Assembly (NCBI GenBank): GCA_951406725.2
Contig: OX597836.1
Span: 39,804,001 to 39,868,000 of the forward strand
DNA length: 64,000 nt
Reading direction: 5' to 3'
Source: Octopus vulgaris
Taxonomy: Eukaryota
The notes beneath the pieces are model-generated. The model was given only the letters and a program-made list of their open reading frames with translations, had not been told where the DNA came from and did no database searches. This document shows, piece by piece, positions 46,732 through 62,360 of the stretch (position 1 is the stretch's first letter; every line of letters starts with the position of its first letter). The translations under genes were made by a program, and so were the position numbers.

Positions 46732-46954
46732 ATACATATATATATATATATCTTTCTCTTTTACTTGTTTCAGTCATTTGACTGCGGCCATGCTGGAGCA
46801 CCGCCTTTTGGTCGAGCAAATCGCCCCCAGGACTTATTCTTTGTAAGCCTAGTACTTATCCTATCGGTCTTTTTTGCCGAACCGCTAGGTAACGGGGACG
46901 TAAACACACCAGCATCGGTTGTCAAGCGATTTTGGGGAGACAAACACAGACACA

Positions 46955-47052
<98 letters not shown>

Positions 47053-47219
47053 TATACGTCGGGCTTCTTTCAGTTTCCGTCTACCAAATCCACTCACAAG
47101 GCTTTGGTTGGCCCGAGGCTATAGTAGAAGACACTTGACCAAGGTGCCACACAGTGGTACTGAACCCGGAACTGTGTGGTTGGTAAGCAAGCTACTTACC
47201 ACACAGCCACTCCTGCGCC

Positions 47220-47274
<55 letters not shown>

Positions 47275-47359
47275 TGTGATATATATATATATTCTGTGAT
47301 ATATATATATTCTGTGATAGTTTTTGGTAAGCACGCTCGATTTTTACAATCCTGTAAAT

Positions 47360-47530
47360 AATTATAAAGCTTATAAGTGATCACCGTGTAATGACTAAAG
47401 AAAATTGTCTAATATTGGGGCATAGTGTACCCTCGACGGAAAACCCCCCTACTTTTGTCCATCAAGAGATTATATACCCCAATATTAGACTATTTTCTTT
47501 ACACAGTGATCGCTTAAGTTTATACAATAT
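47360..47530. repeat. Long imperfect palindrome (fold-back element)
   Basis: Arms include the perfect gtctaatattgggg/ccccaatattagac pair. Pairing extends outward to aagtgatcaccgtgtaa/ttacacagtgatcgctt and inward to ctcgacggaaaa/ttttgtccatcaagag. Confidence 0.8.
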
Positions 47531-47532
47531 TA

Positions 47533-47588
<56 letters not shown>

Positions 47589-47590
<2 letters not shown>

Positions 47591-47920
47591 AGGCGCAATG
47601 GCCCAATGGTTATGGCAGCGGACTCGCGGTCGTTATGGCAGCGGACTCGCGGTCGTAGGATCACAGTTTCGATTCCCAGGCCGGGCGTTGTGATTGTTTA
47701 TTGAGCGAAAACGCCTAAAGCTCCACGAGGCTCCGGCAGGGGGTGTGGTGGTGATCCCTGTTTTACTCTTTCGCCACAACTTTCTCTCACTCGTTCTTCT
47801 GTTGGCCTGCTCGCTTAGCCAGCGGGGGTGGCGTCACTTGAAGGGTAAAACAATGCGAAGCGCATTGTGACCAGCGATGTGTAGCAACATCTGATAGCCT
47901 GGTCGGTCACGGTGATCACG

Positions 47921-47925
<5 letters not shown>
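47589..47925 (+). mobile_element. SINE family B with tail type i
   Basis: Full head containing a 23-nt tandem duplication (gttatggcagcggactcgcggtc x2). Confidence 0.9.
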
Positions 47926-47967
<42 letters not shown>

Positions 47968-48350
47968 TGGAAGCACTCCGTCGGTTACGACGATGAGGGT
48001 TCCGGTTGATCCGAATCAACGGAACAGCCTGCTCGTGAAATTAACGTGTAAGTGGCTAAGCACACCACAGACACGTGTACCCTTATCGTAGTTCTCGGGG
48101 ATATTCAGCGTGACACAGAGAGTGACAAGGCCGGCCCTTTGAAATACAGGTACAACAGAAACAGGAAGTAAGAGTGAGAGAAAGTTGTGGTGAAAGAGTA
48201 CAGCAGGGATCACCACCATCCCTGCCGGAGCCTCGTGGAGCTTTTAGGTATTTCCGCTCAATAAACACTCACAACGCCCGGTCTGGGAATCGAAACCGCT
48301 ATCCTATGACCGCGAGTCCGCTGCCCTAACCACTGGGGCATTGAGCCTCC
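47968..48350 (-). mobile_element. SINE family B with tail type iii
   Basis: Family B head and core joined to the tail ...caaagggccggccttgtcac...ccctcatcgtcgtaaccgacggagtgcttcc, which family D also uses. Confidence 0.9.
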
Positions 48351-48902
48351 ATATACATATATATATATATAGTCACTCACACACATTGTTGTAGTTGTAT
48401 CTGTTGTCGCTGTTGTTGTTATTGTTGCTACAGATTGTCTTTGTTGTTATTGAAGTAATTGCTGTCTCTATTATTATTATGAACATTGTTGTTCTCATTG
48501 ATTTTGTTGTTGTTGTTGTTGCCGCTGGTTTCTTGCAATTGCTGTTGTAATTGTTGTTATTGTTGTGGCTATTGTTGAGATTGTTGTTACGGGCGTAATT
48601 ATGGCTTTTGTCAGAGTTGCTGTAGTTTCATATCTATGTAACACAGTTCATTGCAGATATATACCTGTTGGTGTAGAAGGGAAAGAGGGAAAGAGAGATG
48701 GTGAGAGATGAAAGGAGGGGATAGAGAAAGTGAAAGTAGAAGGGATAGAGAAAGTGAAAGTAATAACCAAAGAGTGAATGCGAGAGAGAGAGAGAGAGAG
48801 AGAAAGGGGGAGAATGAAAGAGTGAAGGATAATGTGAGATGTGTTAGAAATCAAAGAAATGAGAGATGGTGAGAACGGGTATGAGAGGGGGTGTGAGAGG
48901 TG

Positions 48903-48947
48903 GTGTGTGTGAAAGAAAATAAAGAAGGGAGAAAGGGGGAGAAAGAG

Positions 48948-48979
<32 letters not shown>

Positions 48980-49155
48980 GGAGAGAAAGTGACAAAGGGA
49001 GAGAGTGGGAGTAAGAAATGTAGATAGAGGGTGTGTGTGAAAGAAAATAAAGAAAGGAGAAAGAGGGAGAAAGAGAGAAAGAAAGAAAGAAAGAGAGAGA
49101 GAGAGTGGGAGAGAAAGTGACAGAGGGAGAGAGTGGGAGTAAGAAATGTTGATAG
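48903..49155. repeat. ~125-bp purine-rich tandem duplication
   Basis: gtgtgtgaaagaaaataaagaa...gagagtgggagtaagaaatgt occurs twice. Confidence 0.8.
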
Positions 49156-49768
49156 GTGGTTGCGTGATAAGAAGCTTGCTTCCCGACCAAATGGTTCCGA
49201 GTTCAGTCCCGCTGCGTAACGCCTTGGCCAAGTGTCTTCTACTACACTCTCGAGCCGACCGAAGCCTTTTGAGTGGATTTGGTAGATGGAAACTAAAAGA
49301 AGCCCGCCGTATGTGTATGTGCATGTGTGTGTGTGTGCGTGTGCGCATATGTGTCTTTGTGTTTGCGCATATCTTCCACTACTCCTTCACAACCGGTGTT
49401 GGCGTGTTTACTTTCCCATAACTTAGCGATTCGGTAAACCACACCGATAGAATAAGTATCAGGCTCGAAAAGGAAAAATAAAAATAGTTCCAGGATCGAT
49501 GCATTTGATTAAAAATTATTCACGGCGGTGCTCCAGCATGGCCGCAGTCTATTGACTGAATCAGGTACAAGGTAAGTAGAAAGGTGTTTTTGGAGAGAAT
49601 GAAAAAGGAAGAGAAAGATGTCGGTGAATAAAGAAAGATGGTGAGAATGGTTGAGAGAGAGAAGAAGACAGAGAGGAAGAGGAAGGAGTAGAAAAGGGAA
49701 AGTGGAGAGAGGGAGAATATGGAGAGAAAGAGCTGTAGAGATAAAGAGATAGAGATAGATAGATAGAC

Positions 49769-49805
<37 letters not shown>

Positions 49806-50161
49806 CAGAGAGAGAAACAGACAGACAGAGACAGAGACAGAGACAGACAGACAGACAGACTGGCAGGTAGACTGAGACAAAGAGAGAGAGAGAGGGGGGA
49901 GAAAGAGAGCTGCAGAAGAGAGAGAGAAGGAGAAAGAGAGAGCTACAGAAAGAGAGAGAGAAGGAGAAAGAGAGAGCTACAGAAAGAGAAAGAGAGAGCT
50001 GCAGAGAGAGACAGAGAAAGGGAGAGAGAGAGAGCTGCAGAAAGAGAAAGAGAGAGAGAGAGGGCTGTAGAAAGATAATTGGAGAGAAAGCGACAGGGCT
50101 ACATGCAAAAAAAGAGAGTGACACAAAGAGAGATAGAGAGGTATAGACAGAGTTAGAGATC

Positions 50162-50195
<34 letters not shown>

Positions 50196-50420
50196 GGAGA
50201 GAGAGGCGGGGAGAGCGTGGGACAGAGAGAGAGAGAGAGAGAGAAAGAGAGATAAAGAAAGAGTAAGAAGCCGAGAGAAGACAGACGGTCGGAAGGAAGA
50301 GAATTTTCACTGAAGACAGACGAGAGATAAACACGAGGATCAGGAATAAAAAACATAACTTCAATTCTTTTTCTCTCTTTTTCTCATATCTCCTCGATTC
50401 CTCTCGTTAAAAATACTGTT

Positions 50421-50476
<56 letters not shown>

Positions 50477-50789
50477 CATATATATATATACGCATTCACA
50501 CACAAACACATTTTATACATCCATCCATTCATACATATGCATACATATATACATACATATATATTGTACATATGTGTGTATGTATATATATATACATACA
50601 TATATATTTTACATATGTGTGTATGTATATATATATATGTGTGTGTGTATTTATAAAAAATAAGTTTGAAAACGCCACTATATAAGATAAATTTTAATTT
50701 TCTTAGACATTTTACGTTTCGGTTCTATATGTATGTATACTAATATATATATATATATATACTTTATTTAAAGCAGCAGAAAATTCAAC

Positions 50790-50837
50790 AAAACCTGTTA
50801 CTCTGAGTTTCCCGTTGCCGTTCATCGGACGGTTTTT
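50790..50837 (-). ncRNA. Hammerhead-like motif, CCGAUGA core variant
   Basis: AAAACCGU-CCGAUGA-ACGGCAACGG-GAAA-CUCAGAG-UA-ACAGGUUUU, in a ~85-bp island between (TA)n runs. Confidence 0.55.
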
Positions 50838-50841
50838 GCTA

Positions 50842-50885
<44 letters not shown>

Positions 50886-51002
50886 ACCTGCTCGCTTAGC
50901 CAGCGGGATGGCGTCATTTGAAGGCTAAAACAATGTGAAGCGCATTGTGACCAGCGATGTGCAGCAACATCTGACAGCCTGGTCGGTCACGGTGATCATG
51001 GT

Positions 51003-51058
<56 letters not shown>

Positions 51059-51464
51059 TACATACATATATGTCAGAATGCGTGTATATATGCGACGTAC
51101 TTTTGTATAGTTTCTTTCTACCAACTACCGCTCAGAACATAACTGGTGAAATCGCGCCTAGGATGGAGGTTACGTTGTGAAGATGCTGCGCAGTCGAACA
51201 GGTCGATCTCTGAATCCACGTGGCCGGGAATCGAACTATGTGTACACTCTCATGCTTGCGCCTACACACACACACACACACCCACACACACACACACACA
51301 TACATACATATGTATATATACTAGGCAAAGACAAACACACGCATATATATATAGATATAGATATATATTCATGCACATGTACCTACACACGCACACGTAT
51401 AAATGTGTATCTATGTCGATCTTTGTTTCTGGCGGTGATGGTGGTAGTGGTGGTAGTGGTGGTG

Positions 51465-51512
<48 letters not shown>

Positions 51513-52301
51513 GCTTCTAAACATATTTTGATTTGCCTACCACATATCTAAAACCCACGTATTACACTGAACCAAGTATACACACATCCACGCATTTACA
51601 TACGTACATATACATACATACATACATACATACATACATACATACATACGTACACACACATACATACATACACACATACATACGTACATATACATACATA
51701 CATGCATACACAAATAATACCTACCTACCACCTATCTACCACCTACCTACCTACATACATATATACATACATACATACTTACGTATATACACACACATAC
51801 ATACATACATACATTCACACATACACATACATATATGCACACATATATACATACATACACACATACATACATACATACATACATAAATACACACATACAT
51901 ACATACATACGTTCACACATACATACATTCACACATACATACATACATACATACATACATACGTACACACACACATACATACACACACACATACATACAC
52001 ACATACATACACACAGATACACCATCACACATCTCTGCGGGATCTGATCCTCTTTCCTTTTTCTTCTCTTCCTCATCTTTTTCTTTCACTTAAAACTCTT
52101 ACCATTTTTAACACAACCCCGTCCCCCTCTTCCCATCCCACTTTCCACTCACTCACAGACTCTGTTTTCCATTATTTCTGCTTCAACACACACATATTTT
52201 CATTCCTTTTCCATACACACACACACACACACATACACACGCCGCTACACACATACACTAATTCATACATAGAAACATACATGCAAACATACATACATAC
52301 A

Positions 52302-52387
<86 letters not shown>

Positions 52388-52427
52388 CATACACACACAC
52401 TCACATATATATATATATATACATACT

Positions 52428-52484
<57 letters not shown>

Positions 52485-52624
52485 TCACTTTTTCTTTCAG
52501 CTACACCCCACCTGTACTACCAGCACCTCCCTTCTATCTCACCTGCAATCCAGTTAGTAACTTTCACTGTTTACATTTTATTTTCAGGTATTTTCATTTA
52601 TTCATTTCTTTTCTGATACTTTAG

Positions 52625-52660
<36 letters not shown>

Positions 52661-52671
52661 CCACACACACA

Positions 52672-52702
<31 letters not shown>

Positions 52703-52757
52703 TCGGGTACACGCACACGTTTACTCGCATATACAGTAATGTGTATATTTATACATG

Positions 52758-52797
<40 letters not shown>

Positions 52798-53215
52798 CAA
52801 TATACATATACACCTTTGACTAAGTATAAATTGTTGTTGTTATTTGCAGTTATTGTTGTTGTTGTTTTTCTTCTAATTCTTTCAGTTTACAGTTTCCCAA
52901 ACATGATCTTACGGGTGCCAAACGTTTGCGGTTTTAATCTCACCGTCGGCTCCACAAACCAAATTCTAACTGGTACCAGAGCTTTGGGAATTACAACACT
53001 TAACCTTTTTCTCTAACAATCTACCTTTCTATCTCCCTCCCACTATCACCCTCTCTTTCTCTCTTTCTCCCTCTCTGTGTGTATATATATACAACTCTTA
53101 CCTTTATATATATATATATGCATATATATACATATATACGTACATATATATATATATATATATATACATATATACATACATATGTATATGTGTATATATA
53201 TATATACATATATAC

Positions 53216-53254
<39 letters not shown>

Positions 53255-53257
53255 TAC

Positions 53258-53290
<33 letters not shown>

Positions 53291-54032
53291 ATCTTTTATC
53301 GTTTACTTGTTTCAGTAATTAGACTGCGACCATACTGGGGCACCGCCTTCAAGACTTCTTGCTCGAAGAATCGAGCCGAGTACTTTTTATTTAAAAAATG
53401 GTATTTATTCTATTGGTACCTTTTGTTGAACCGCTATGTTACCGAGATTGAAACACACCAACATTAGCTGCGAAACAGTGGTGGGTGTCAAACACGGATA
53501 AAAGACCCCCCCCACAGACATATATATATATATATATGAATAAATAAATGGAGTTTAACGCAGGTGTAAATCAAATATTTTTACTTTCGACACATGTTTC
53601 GAAAATTCCACTGATACTATTCAAAAGAATAAATGCTACCCTGGTAACCATTTATTTATTTTTTCCGTGTTAATTGTTAACAAGGTAAAAATACACTCAT
53701 CTATATATATATATAAAAGCTTCTTTCCAGTTTCGCTCTACCAAATCCACTCACAAGGCTTTGGTCGACCCGAGGCTGTGGTAGAAAGCACCTGCCCAAG
53801 GACCCGTGAAGTGGGACTGATTCGCAACCACGTGCCTGGGACTCCAATTTCTTACCACACACAAACACACACACAGACACACATACGTTCACATAACACA
53901 CAAACTCTCTTTCTCTCAACTCAGCAGGTGCCCAGCAATTTAGGATCTTTGGACTCCCTCTTTTTCTCCCCTTCCCCTTCATCGCCCTCTCTCTGTCCAT
54001 TAAACTATTGCTGTTATTATTATTATCATTAC

Positions 54033-54077
<45 letters not shown>

Positions 54078-54184
54078 TACTATTATTATTATTATTACTA
54101 TTATTATCATTATTATTATTATTAATATTATTATTATTATTATTATCATTATTATTATAATCATCATCATCATCATCATCATCA

Positions 54185-54258
<74 letters not shown>

Positions 54259-54669
54259 TTAATATTATCACCACAAATGTACCACTCCGGCACTGGTCCA
54301 TGTAAAGAACTAAGTCTTCCTCCCTAAAACTACTGGCCTTGGGCCAAAATTTGAACCGATTATTATTATTATTATTATTATTATCGTTATTGTTGTTATT
54401 ATTATTATTATTGTTGTTATTGTTATTATTATTATTTTTGTTGTTGTTGTTTTTGTTGTTATTGTTGTTGCTCTTGTTGTTGTTGTCCTTGTTATTTTAC
54501 GAAGCTGAAGTTTTGTTTAATCGTAGCTGTTTCACGTTATCCACGCATATAGATATACCTATACATACACACACACACACATAAAAACACACATACACAC
54601 ACATATACACTTATATATATACCTCTCTCACCCTCTCGCTCTATCTCTCTTACACACACACTTTCACAC

Positions 54670-54719
<50 letters not shown>

Positions 54720-54914
54720 CATATATCCAAACATATTTACATACATATACACATACGCGCGCGCGCAGCCACACACCTATCTCCACACACACATACACAC
54801 ACACATAGACTACAACTACCTTATTACTATTTGTGTCGTTTTCCCTCTCTTCCTCTACACATTCTCACTATCTCTTTTCTATTTTGCTCTCACACTATAT
54901 CAGTTCTCCTTCTC

Positions 54915-54994
<80 letters not shown>

Positions 54995-55769
54995 ATATAT
55001 GGTATCTATACTATATCTGTTTTCCACTTTTCACTTTCAGTTGCGTATGTCTCTCTTTCTCTCTTTCTCTCTCACTCATTCTCAACTTCTCTCTGATTAC
55101 ACTTTATTCACTACTCTCTCACTCAGCTCCCCCTCTCTCTCACTCTCTTTCTTTCTCACTCACTCTCTCTCACTCCTTCACTATCTCTCTGTCTATCACT
55201 GACATCGCCGTGTTAGTTCGGGAAATCCGTTTTCTCGTGCTGCCAAACTTTAGGATTTATCTCTCTCACCACTCGGCTCGGCAAAAATCCGTTTTTTCTC
55301 TTTCGCGTGGAAACAACCCAAAACTTTAGGATTATTATTTTTCTACTACTGCCATTATTGTTACTATCATTACTGTTGTTATATACACCCGTCAGCCGGA
55401 AAGTTAAAAAACAGAACTTATATATATATATTTATACATATATATATATACACATATATATATTTCTATACTACATTTTACACCATGGATTTCTTTTCGT
55501 GTGGGAAAAAATCTAGCAAAAAAAAGGTAACGATATTCTTTTAACTATCTATCGGCTTTCTTTCTTATGCCCCAGGTGTTTATATATATGTGTGTGTATG
55601 TGTGTGTGTGTGTGTATATATGTATGCATGTATGTATGTATGTATATATATACACACTTCGTTTCTGTATTTGGCCTGCAAGATTCTTGAATTCAAGTAT
55701 TGAAATATGTTTTGTTGTATACTGGCATAGTGACCATCCCAGAAAAAGGTATATATATATATATGTGTG

Positions 55770-55830
<61 letters not shown>

Positions 55831-55906
55831 ATATATATATGTGTGTATATATATATATATATGTATGTATATATGCATATATATATATGTATTTATATAT
55901 ATATAC

Positions 55907-55941
<35 letters not shown>

Positions 55942-55990
55942 GTAAATGTCGGACGATGAAATTGAGTGCTCAGCACTGCATTGGTAATAA

Positions 55991-56025
<35 letters not shown>

Positions 56026-56425
56026 GAGGGAGAGAGAGAGAGAGGGAGAGAGAGAGAGGGAAATTCAGAAAGAGATGCTAAGTTTTCTTTGAGTTTTGTC
56101 ATTAAAATTTAGTTTCACATTCTATGCGTGCGTATATATGAGTGTGTGTGTGTGTGTGTGTGTGTATGTGCATATATGTATGTGTTTGTGGGTGTACCTC
56201 GTATGCTTGAGTTTGCGTGTGCACGTGTTCGTCTCTGTGTGTGCACCCATGTGCGGATTGCAATGTCAATCTCTGCATGTCCCATTGTTTACTACTGGGT
56301 ATATCATCGGGTATTTGAGTGTGTCTGTCTGTCTGCCCCCACCCTCTCTCTCTGTATATATATACCACCTTGACTCTTTCTTACTCATGATCGGATCTGC
56401 GGAGTTAAATATTAACGTGATGTAA

Positions 56426-56526
56426 CAGTGAATCCCACCCGGGGTGGTCCATATATGTTGTTGATAAAATTTACGTTTAATAAATTGTTTATATTTCTAC
56501 AATACAAAATAATATTTCACAATGAT

Positions 56527-56581
<55 letters not shown>

Positions 56582-56675
56582 ATATATATATACGCATCAA
56601 ATGGCTATTCAGGCCCAGCAGAATAAAACAGGTATCCATGGGGTCCATAGGTAAAAAGATCATTGAGACCCACAG
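56426..56675. mobile_element. Possible decayed hAT-type MITE
   Basis: cagtgaatccca... at the left and ggggtccataggtaaaaagatcattgagacccacag at the right resemble Charlie-type MITE ends. Degenerate. Confidence 0.35.
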
Positions 56676-57509
56676 TTAGGTATCGTCTACATGAGTTGTC
56701 TTTAATCTGGAATAGAGACCGATACGAATTCTTGTCGATCCTGTTTTCAGAGATGTCTACACATGTGCAGTAAAGGTCAAACAACCATCCATATAAACAC
56801 TCGCTAACGAATAATTACATTTCCACTCAAGGCACCCATATTCATACTCTTTTACTCTTTCTCTTTTTTACTCTTTTACTTGTTTCAGTCATTTGACTGC
56901 GGCCATGCTGGAGCACCGCCTTTAGTCGAGCAAATCGACCCCGGGACTTATTCTTTGTAATCCCGGTACTTATTCTATCGGTCTCTTTTGCCGAACCGCT
57001 AGGTGACGGGGACGTAAACACACCAGCATCGGTTGTCAAGCAATGCTATGGGGACAAACACAGACACACAAACACACACACACACACATACATACATATA
57101 TATACATATATACGACAGGCTTCTTTCAGTTTCCGTCTACCAAATCCACTTACAAGGCATTGGTCGGCCCGGGGATATAGCAGAAGACACTTGCCCAAGA
57201 TGCCACGCAGTGGGACTGAACCCGGAACCATGTGGTTGGTTAGCAAGCTACTTACCACACAGCCACTCCATATTCTTTTATTTTATTTTTTTTTATTTGT
57301 TTCGTTCGGTTGACTGCAGCCATGCTGGAGCACCACCTTTAGTCGAAGAAATCGGCACTAAGGACTTATTCTTTGTAAGCTTAGTACTTATTCTATTGGT
57401 ATCTTTTGCCGAACCGCTAAGATACCGGGACGTAAACATATCAGTATCGATTGTCAAGCAATGTTAGTGGGGAGGGATACAAACATAGACACACAAACAT
57501 ATACATACT

Positions 57510-57567
<58 letters not shown>

Positions 57568-57931
57568 CGACGAGCTTCTTTCAGTTTCCGTGTACCAAAT
57601 CCACTCACAAGGCTTTGGTCGGCCCGAAGCTATAGTAGAAGACACTGACCCAAGTTGTCACGCAGTGGGGCTGAACCCGGAACCATGTGGTTGGTAAGTA
57701 AGCTACTTAACAATCAGTTACCCCATATATATATGTATATATATATATTATATATATTATATATATATATACACACACATATATATTTGTACATATATAT
57801 GTATTTACACACCCACACACACACGTATGTATGTATATCTACATGCGCACATACATATAGATAAGCAAGCAGCCATATAAACCTGTATACTCATTCATAA
57901 ATGTACATATATGTGTGGGTGTGAGTACGTA

Positions 57932-58004
<73 letters not shown>

Positions 58005-58312
58005 TTGTGTATAATATTGTGTGCATGCATACGTATACTATAGACTGTAATATAACTACAATTACTTGTATTATTTTAAATACGTTGAGAAGAGAGAGAG
58101 AGAGATGACAAACTGGAAGTAACAGTCCTTCGTTCGTCCGTAAACTAATGCTAGTTGTTTATAAATTCGTCTGTCTTCCTGTAATCAGGAAGTTCTCCGC
58201 TGTCCTATATTAACACTTGTGTGCGTACAATGTTTAAGCATTCAAACGCATAGACACTTATTCGTGCATATTTCGGTGCAAAAATCTATACGCACACATA
58301 CGTATATGTACC

Positions 58313-58360
<48 letters not shown>

Positions 58361-58465
58361 CGTGTGTGTGTGTGTGTGTGTGTGTGAGTTCGTGTATGTT
58401 TGTGTGTGTGTATGTATTCATAGCGAAATGGGGGCATCGATAGATACATAAAGTAGAGAAACAAC

Positions 58466-58539
<74 letters not shown>

Positions 58540-58543
58540 GATG

Positions 58544-58598
<55 letters not shown>

Positions 58599-58607
58599 GG
58601 ATAGATG

Positions 58608-58680
<73 letters not shown>

Positions 58681-60840
58681 ACAAGCAGGCAGAAAAACAT
58701 ATATATATACATACATAAACATACATACAAACATATATACACAAACACATACATACGTATATGCGTACATCCATCCATACATACATACATAAAGACAGAC
58801 AGACAGACAGACAGACAAACGTACATACATACATATATACATAGAATCATAAATGCGTACACAAATACATATATACGTATAGAAATACAGTCATACATGC
58901 GTACATACATAAATACATACATACATGCATATATACTTGCATACATACATATATACATACTTACATATCCTGTCACTATCACCTTACTGTTTACACTGAG
59001 ATAATACCTTATTTTTCTCATTCGTGCAATCTTTAATCTATCTAAAACCATAACATGGGCAGATAAGGGCTAGAAGTCAATGCCGCTAGTAGCTACCGAA
59101 ACTACGAGGCGGGTACTGTGGGTAAATGAAAATACAAGATGATCACTTAATTGTGACCTTATTGATCATATCGCCATCTCAGATTCACACACATTGCAGC
59201 GGTCCTTCAGTTTTCACAGAGGAGACAAACAACGACAGACAGACGGATTAAGTCGACGATATCGACCCCAGCGCGTAAATGGTACTTAATTTATCGACCC
59301 CGAAAGGAGGAAAGGCAAAGTCGACCTCGGCAGAATTTGAACTCAGAACGTAACGGCAGACGAAATACGGCTACACATTTCTCCCGGCGTGCTAACGTTT
59401 CTGCCATCTCGCTGTCGAAATACCGCTAAGTTTTCTGCCCGGAGTGCTAACGATTCTTCCATCTCACTAACTTAATGATGACAAAGTCGCTGTACTAAAT
59501 TCTTCATTATTTTCGAAACAAAGGCAGTGTATTTCAGCAGAACTATGGTAATAAAAGTGTTTGTTTCTACTCTCAATAATTGGTCATTGATTTCTTCTAT
59601 AGCATGTGATGCTCCAGCTGACAATGTAATCTGGGAGCTTCTATGGGAGCTCTGCATCACCTTTTATTCGTCCCTTATTCGTCTCAGAAATCAATATTGT
59701 GATTGATTAACGTGCAAATGGCTGAGCAATCCACAGACACGTGTACCCCTAACGTAGTTCTCAGGGAGATTCAGTGTGACAAGGCTGGCCCTTTGAAATA
59801 CAGGTACAACGCAATTTTGGACTGGAGTAACGTGAAATAAAGTGTCTTGCTCAAGGTCACAACGCGTCGCCGGGAATTGAACTCACGACTTTAAAGTCGT
59901 AAGTCGAATGACCTAACCACTAAGCCACGCATCTTCACAGTCGTTAATAACACTAACGAAAGAGAACCGGCGGATAAATTAGAAATAAGCTAGGTGAGTC
60001 TAGAAGACACTGTTTTCTTATCCAGCGTGAAACTTCTTAGCTGCCATCCAAGGTTAAACACTTAGCTACTCGGTCGATGATTTAACTATCGCTATCACTC
60101 TGCTGCAGGTGTGGCCAACCTTCCTTCGAGCAGCGGGCCGTATGAGACATAACTCACCATCATGCAGACTGCTCTACTAAAAGAATTCGATGTAAATTTT
60201 CGTTCGGCGTGCCATTCAGAAAGATCGGCCACCCACAGGTTGCTCATCTCCACTCTACTGATATGCTTGTTTTGAAACTACTCTGGAGTGGAAGTGTATG
60301 CATTAGTATCAGTTTCACACTTTTGGCACAACAGCAGTCGATTACATTGAATCCACTACTGTTTTATTGACCTCCGAGAGGATGAACGGCAAAGTCAACC
60401 TCAATGGAATTTGAACTCAGAAAGTAAAGACAGACGAAATGCCGCTGAGCATTTTTTCCAGCGTGCTAAGGTTTCTACCCGGTTACCATCTTCAGGTGTA
60501 AGAATTAATATTAAGACCGATCTTATTTCTGCGAGCTGGCAGAAATCGTTAGAATGCCACAGGAAACGATTGGCGGCATTTCATCCGTCTTTACGTTCTG
60601 AGTTCAAATTCCGCCGGTGTCGAATCTGTCTTACATTCTAGAAGAAATATCCGTTCAACACTGGGATCAGTTTAATGGACTAATCCCCTGCTCAAAACCT
60701 GTGACCTCGTACCAAAATTTACAACGAATATTTAGACCGATCTTTAAGGAATCTTAAGCCCATAATATGGTCCAGATACCGAACAACTGATCAACGAATT
60801 CACTGGTCGACTTCGCTATGCTGCTGCTGCTTGTTTGTTT

Positions 60841-61201
60841 GTTGAGCGAAGCAGTCTTCGTCCCCTAGTTGGAGAAGTACGAAACGTGGTCCTTTGCTAT
60901 TCGTAAGACCCGCAGAAGAGAAAGCAGGTCAACCCCCGACACCGAGAGCATCGACGGATGGATGAATGCGCATCCAGGCTCAGCGGTTGCGTAGGAAGTC
61001 GGGGACAAGAAACAGGAAGTAAGAGTGAGAGAAAGTTGTGGTGAAAGAGTACAGCAGGGATCACCACCATCCCCTGCCAGAGCCTCGTGGAGCTTTAGGT
61101 GCTTTCGCTCAATAAACACTTACAACGCCCGGTCTGGGAATCGAAACCGCGATCCTACGACCGCGAGTCCGCTGCCCTAACCACTGGGCCATTGCGCCTC
61201 C
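60841..61201 (-). mobile_element. SINE family B with tail type ii
   Basis: Reverse complement of 21001-21375, flanked by ctgctgctgct on both sides. Confidence 0.9.
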
Positions 61202-62360
61202 ACTGCTGCTGCTGCTAAAAGCGGTGAGCCATTCAGTCCAACCTATTCTGCGTAATGGCATTTAAACGGGGAAACAATATTTCTTGCGAATCATGTGTTT
61301 GTTACACTGGACATGAAAGAGTTACCTGTTGTTCCTCAGCTGGTTGTTGCTGAGTACTTTAATAACCCGGCTATTCTGAAGTTCTCGTTGGGTTGGATCA
61401 TAAAACATAATAGGTGCTCTCGTAAAATATAAGAACTCTCATAAAACATTGTTTGTCTCTTAACGAGGGCCAGTCACCTTGTACTAAACGTGATGATGAA
61501 ACAGCGAGGAACGGGAACTCATATGACATAAGTTTGTTTACTCTTTTACTTGTTTCAGTCATTTGACTGCGGCCATGCTGGAGCACCGCCTTTAGTCGAG
61601 CAAATCGACCCCGGGACTTATTCTTTGTAAGCCCAGTACTTATTCTATCGGTCTCTTTTGCCGAACCGCTAAGTTATGGGGACGTAAACACACCAGCATC
61701 GGTTGTCAAGCAATGCTAGGGGGACAAACACACACACACATACATATATACATATATATATACATATATACGACAGGCTTCTTTCAGTTTCCGTCTACCA
61801 AATCTACTCAGAAGGCATTGGTCGGCCCGGGGCTATAGCAGAAGACACTTGCCCAAGATGCCATGCAGTGGGACTGAACCCGGAACCATGTGGTTGGTTA
61901 GCAAGCTACTTACCACACACTCCAGTTATATTTTATACTCCAGGCGGCGAATAATAGTAAAGTATTTTGAGTGCAGAACAAAATGCCTTGTAGTATTTTT
62001 TCGACCTCACATTGCTTTGAGCTCAAATTCCACCGATTAATAAAATAGTAGACTAGGGCTGTACGTTGGCTGAATTGTGACGGCGAGCAGGTAACATTTT
62101 CTTTCATGAGACGGCTACTCAGACTCAGGATTACCCAGTGACAGCAGAGTGGACCGGAGCGACATGAAATGAAGTACTTTACGCAAGAGCACAATTCTCC
62201 TCTCGGTCCGGAAATCGAACTCACGATCAAGTGATCAAGAGTACAACACCCTAGTCACAAGGCCACGCACTTTCCGCATTTTAGATATGGTGAGCAGGGT
62301 TAATGACAGACTCAGCATAACAGCAAATAAAATGGCAGTGGTTGGTGTTTGACAAAATTA

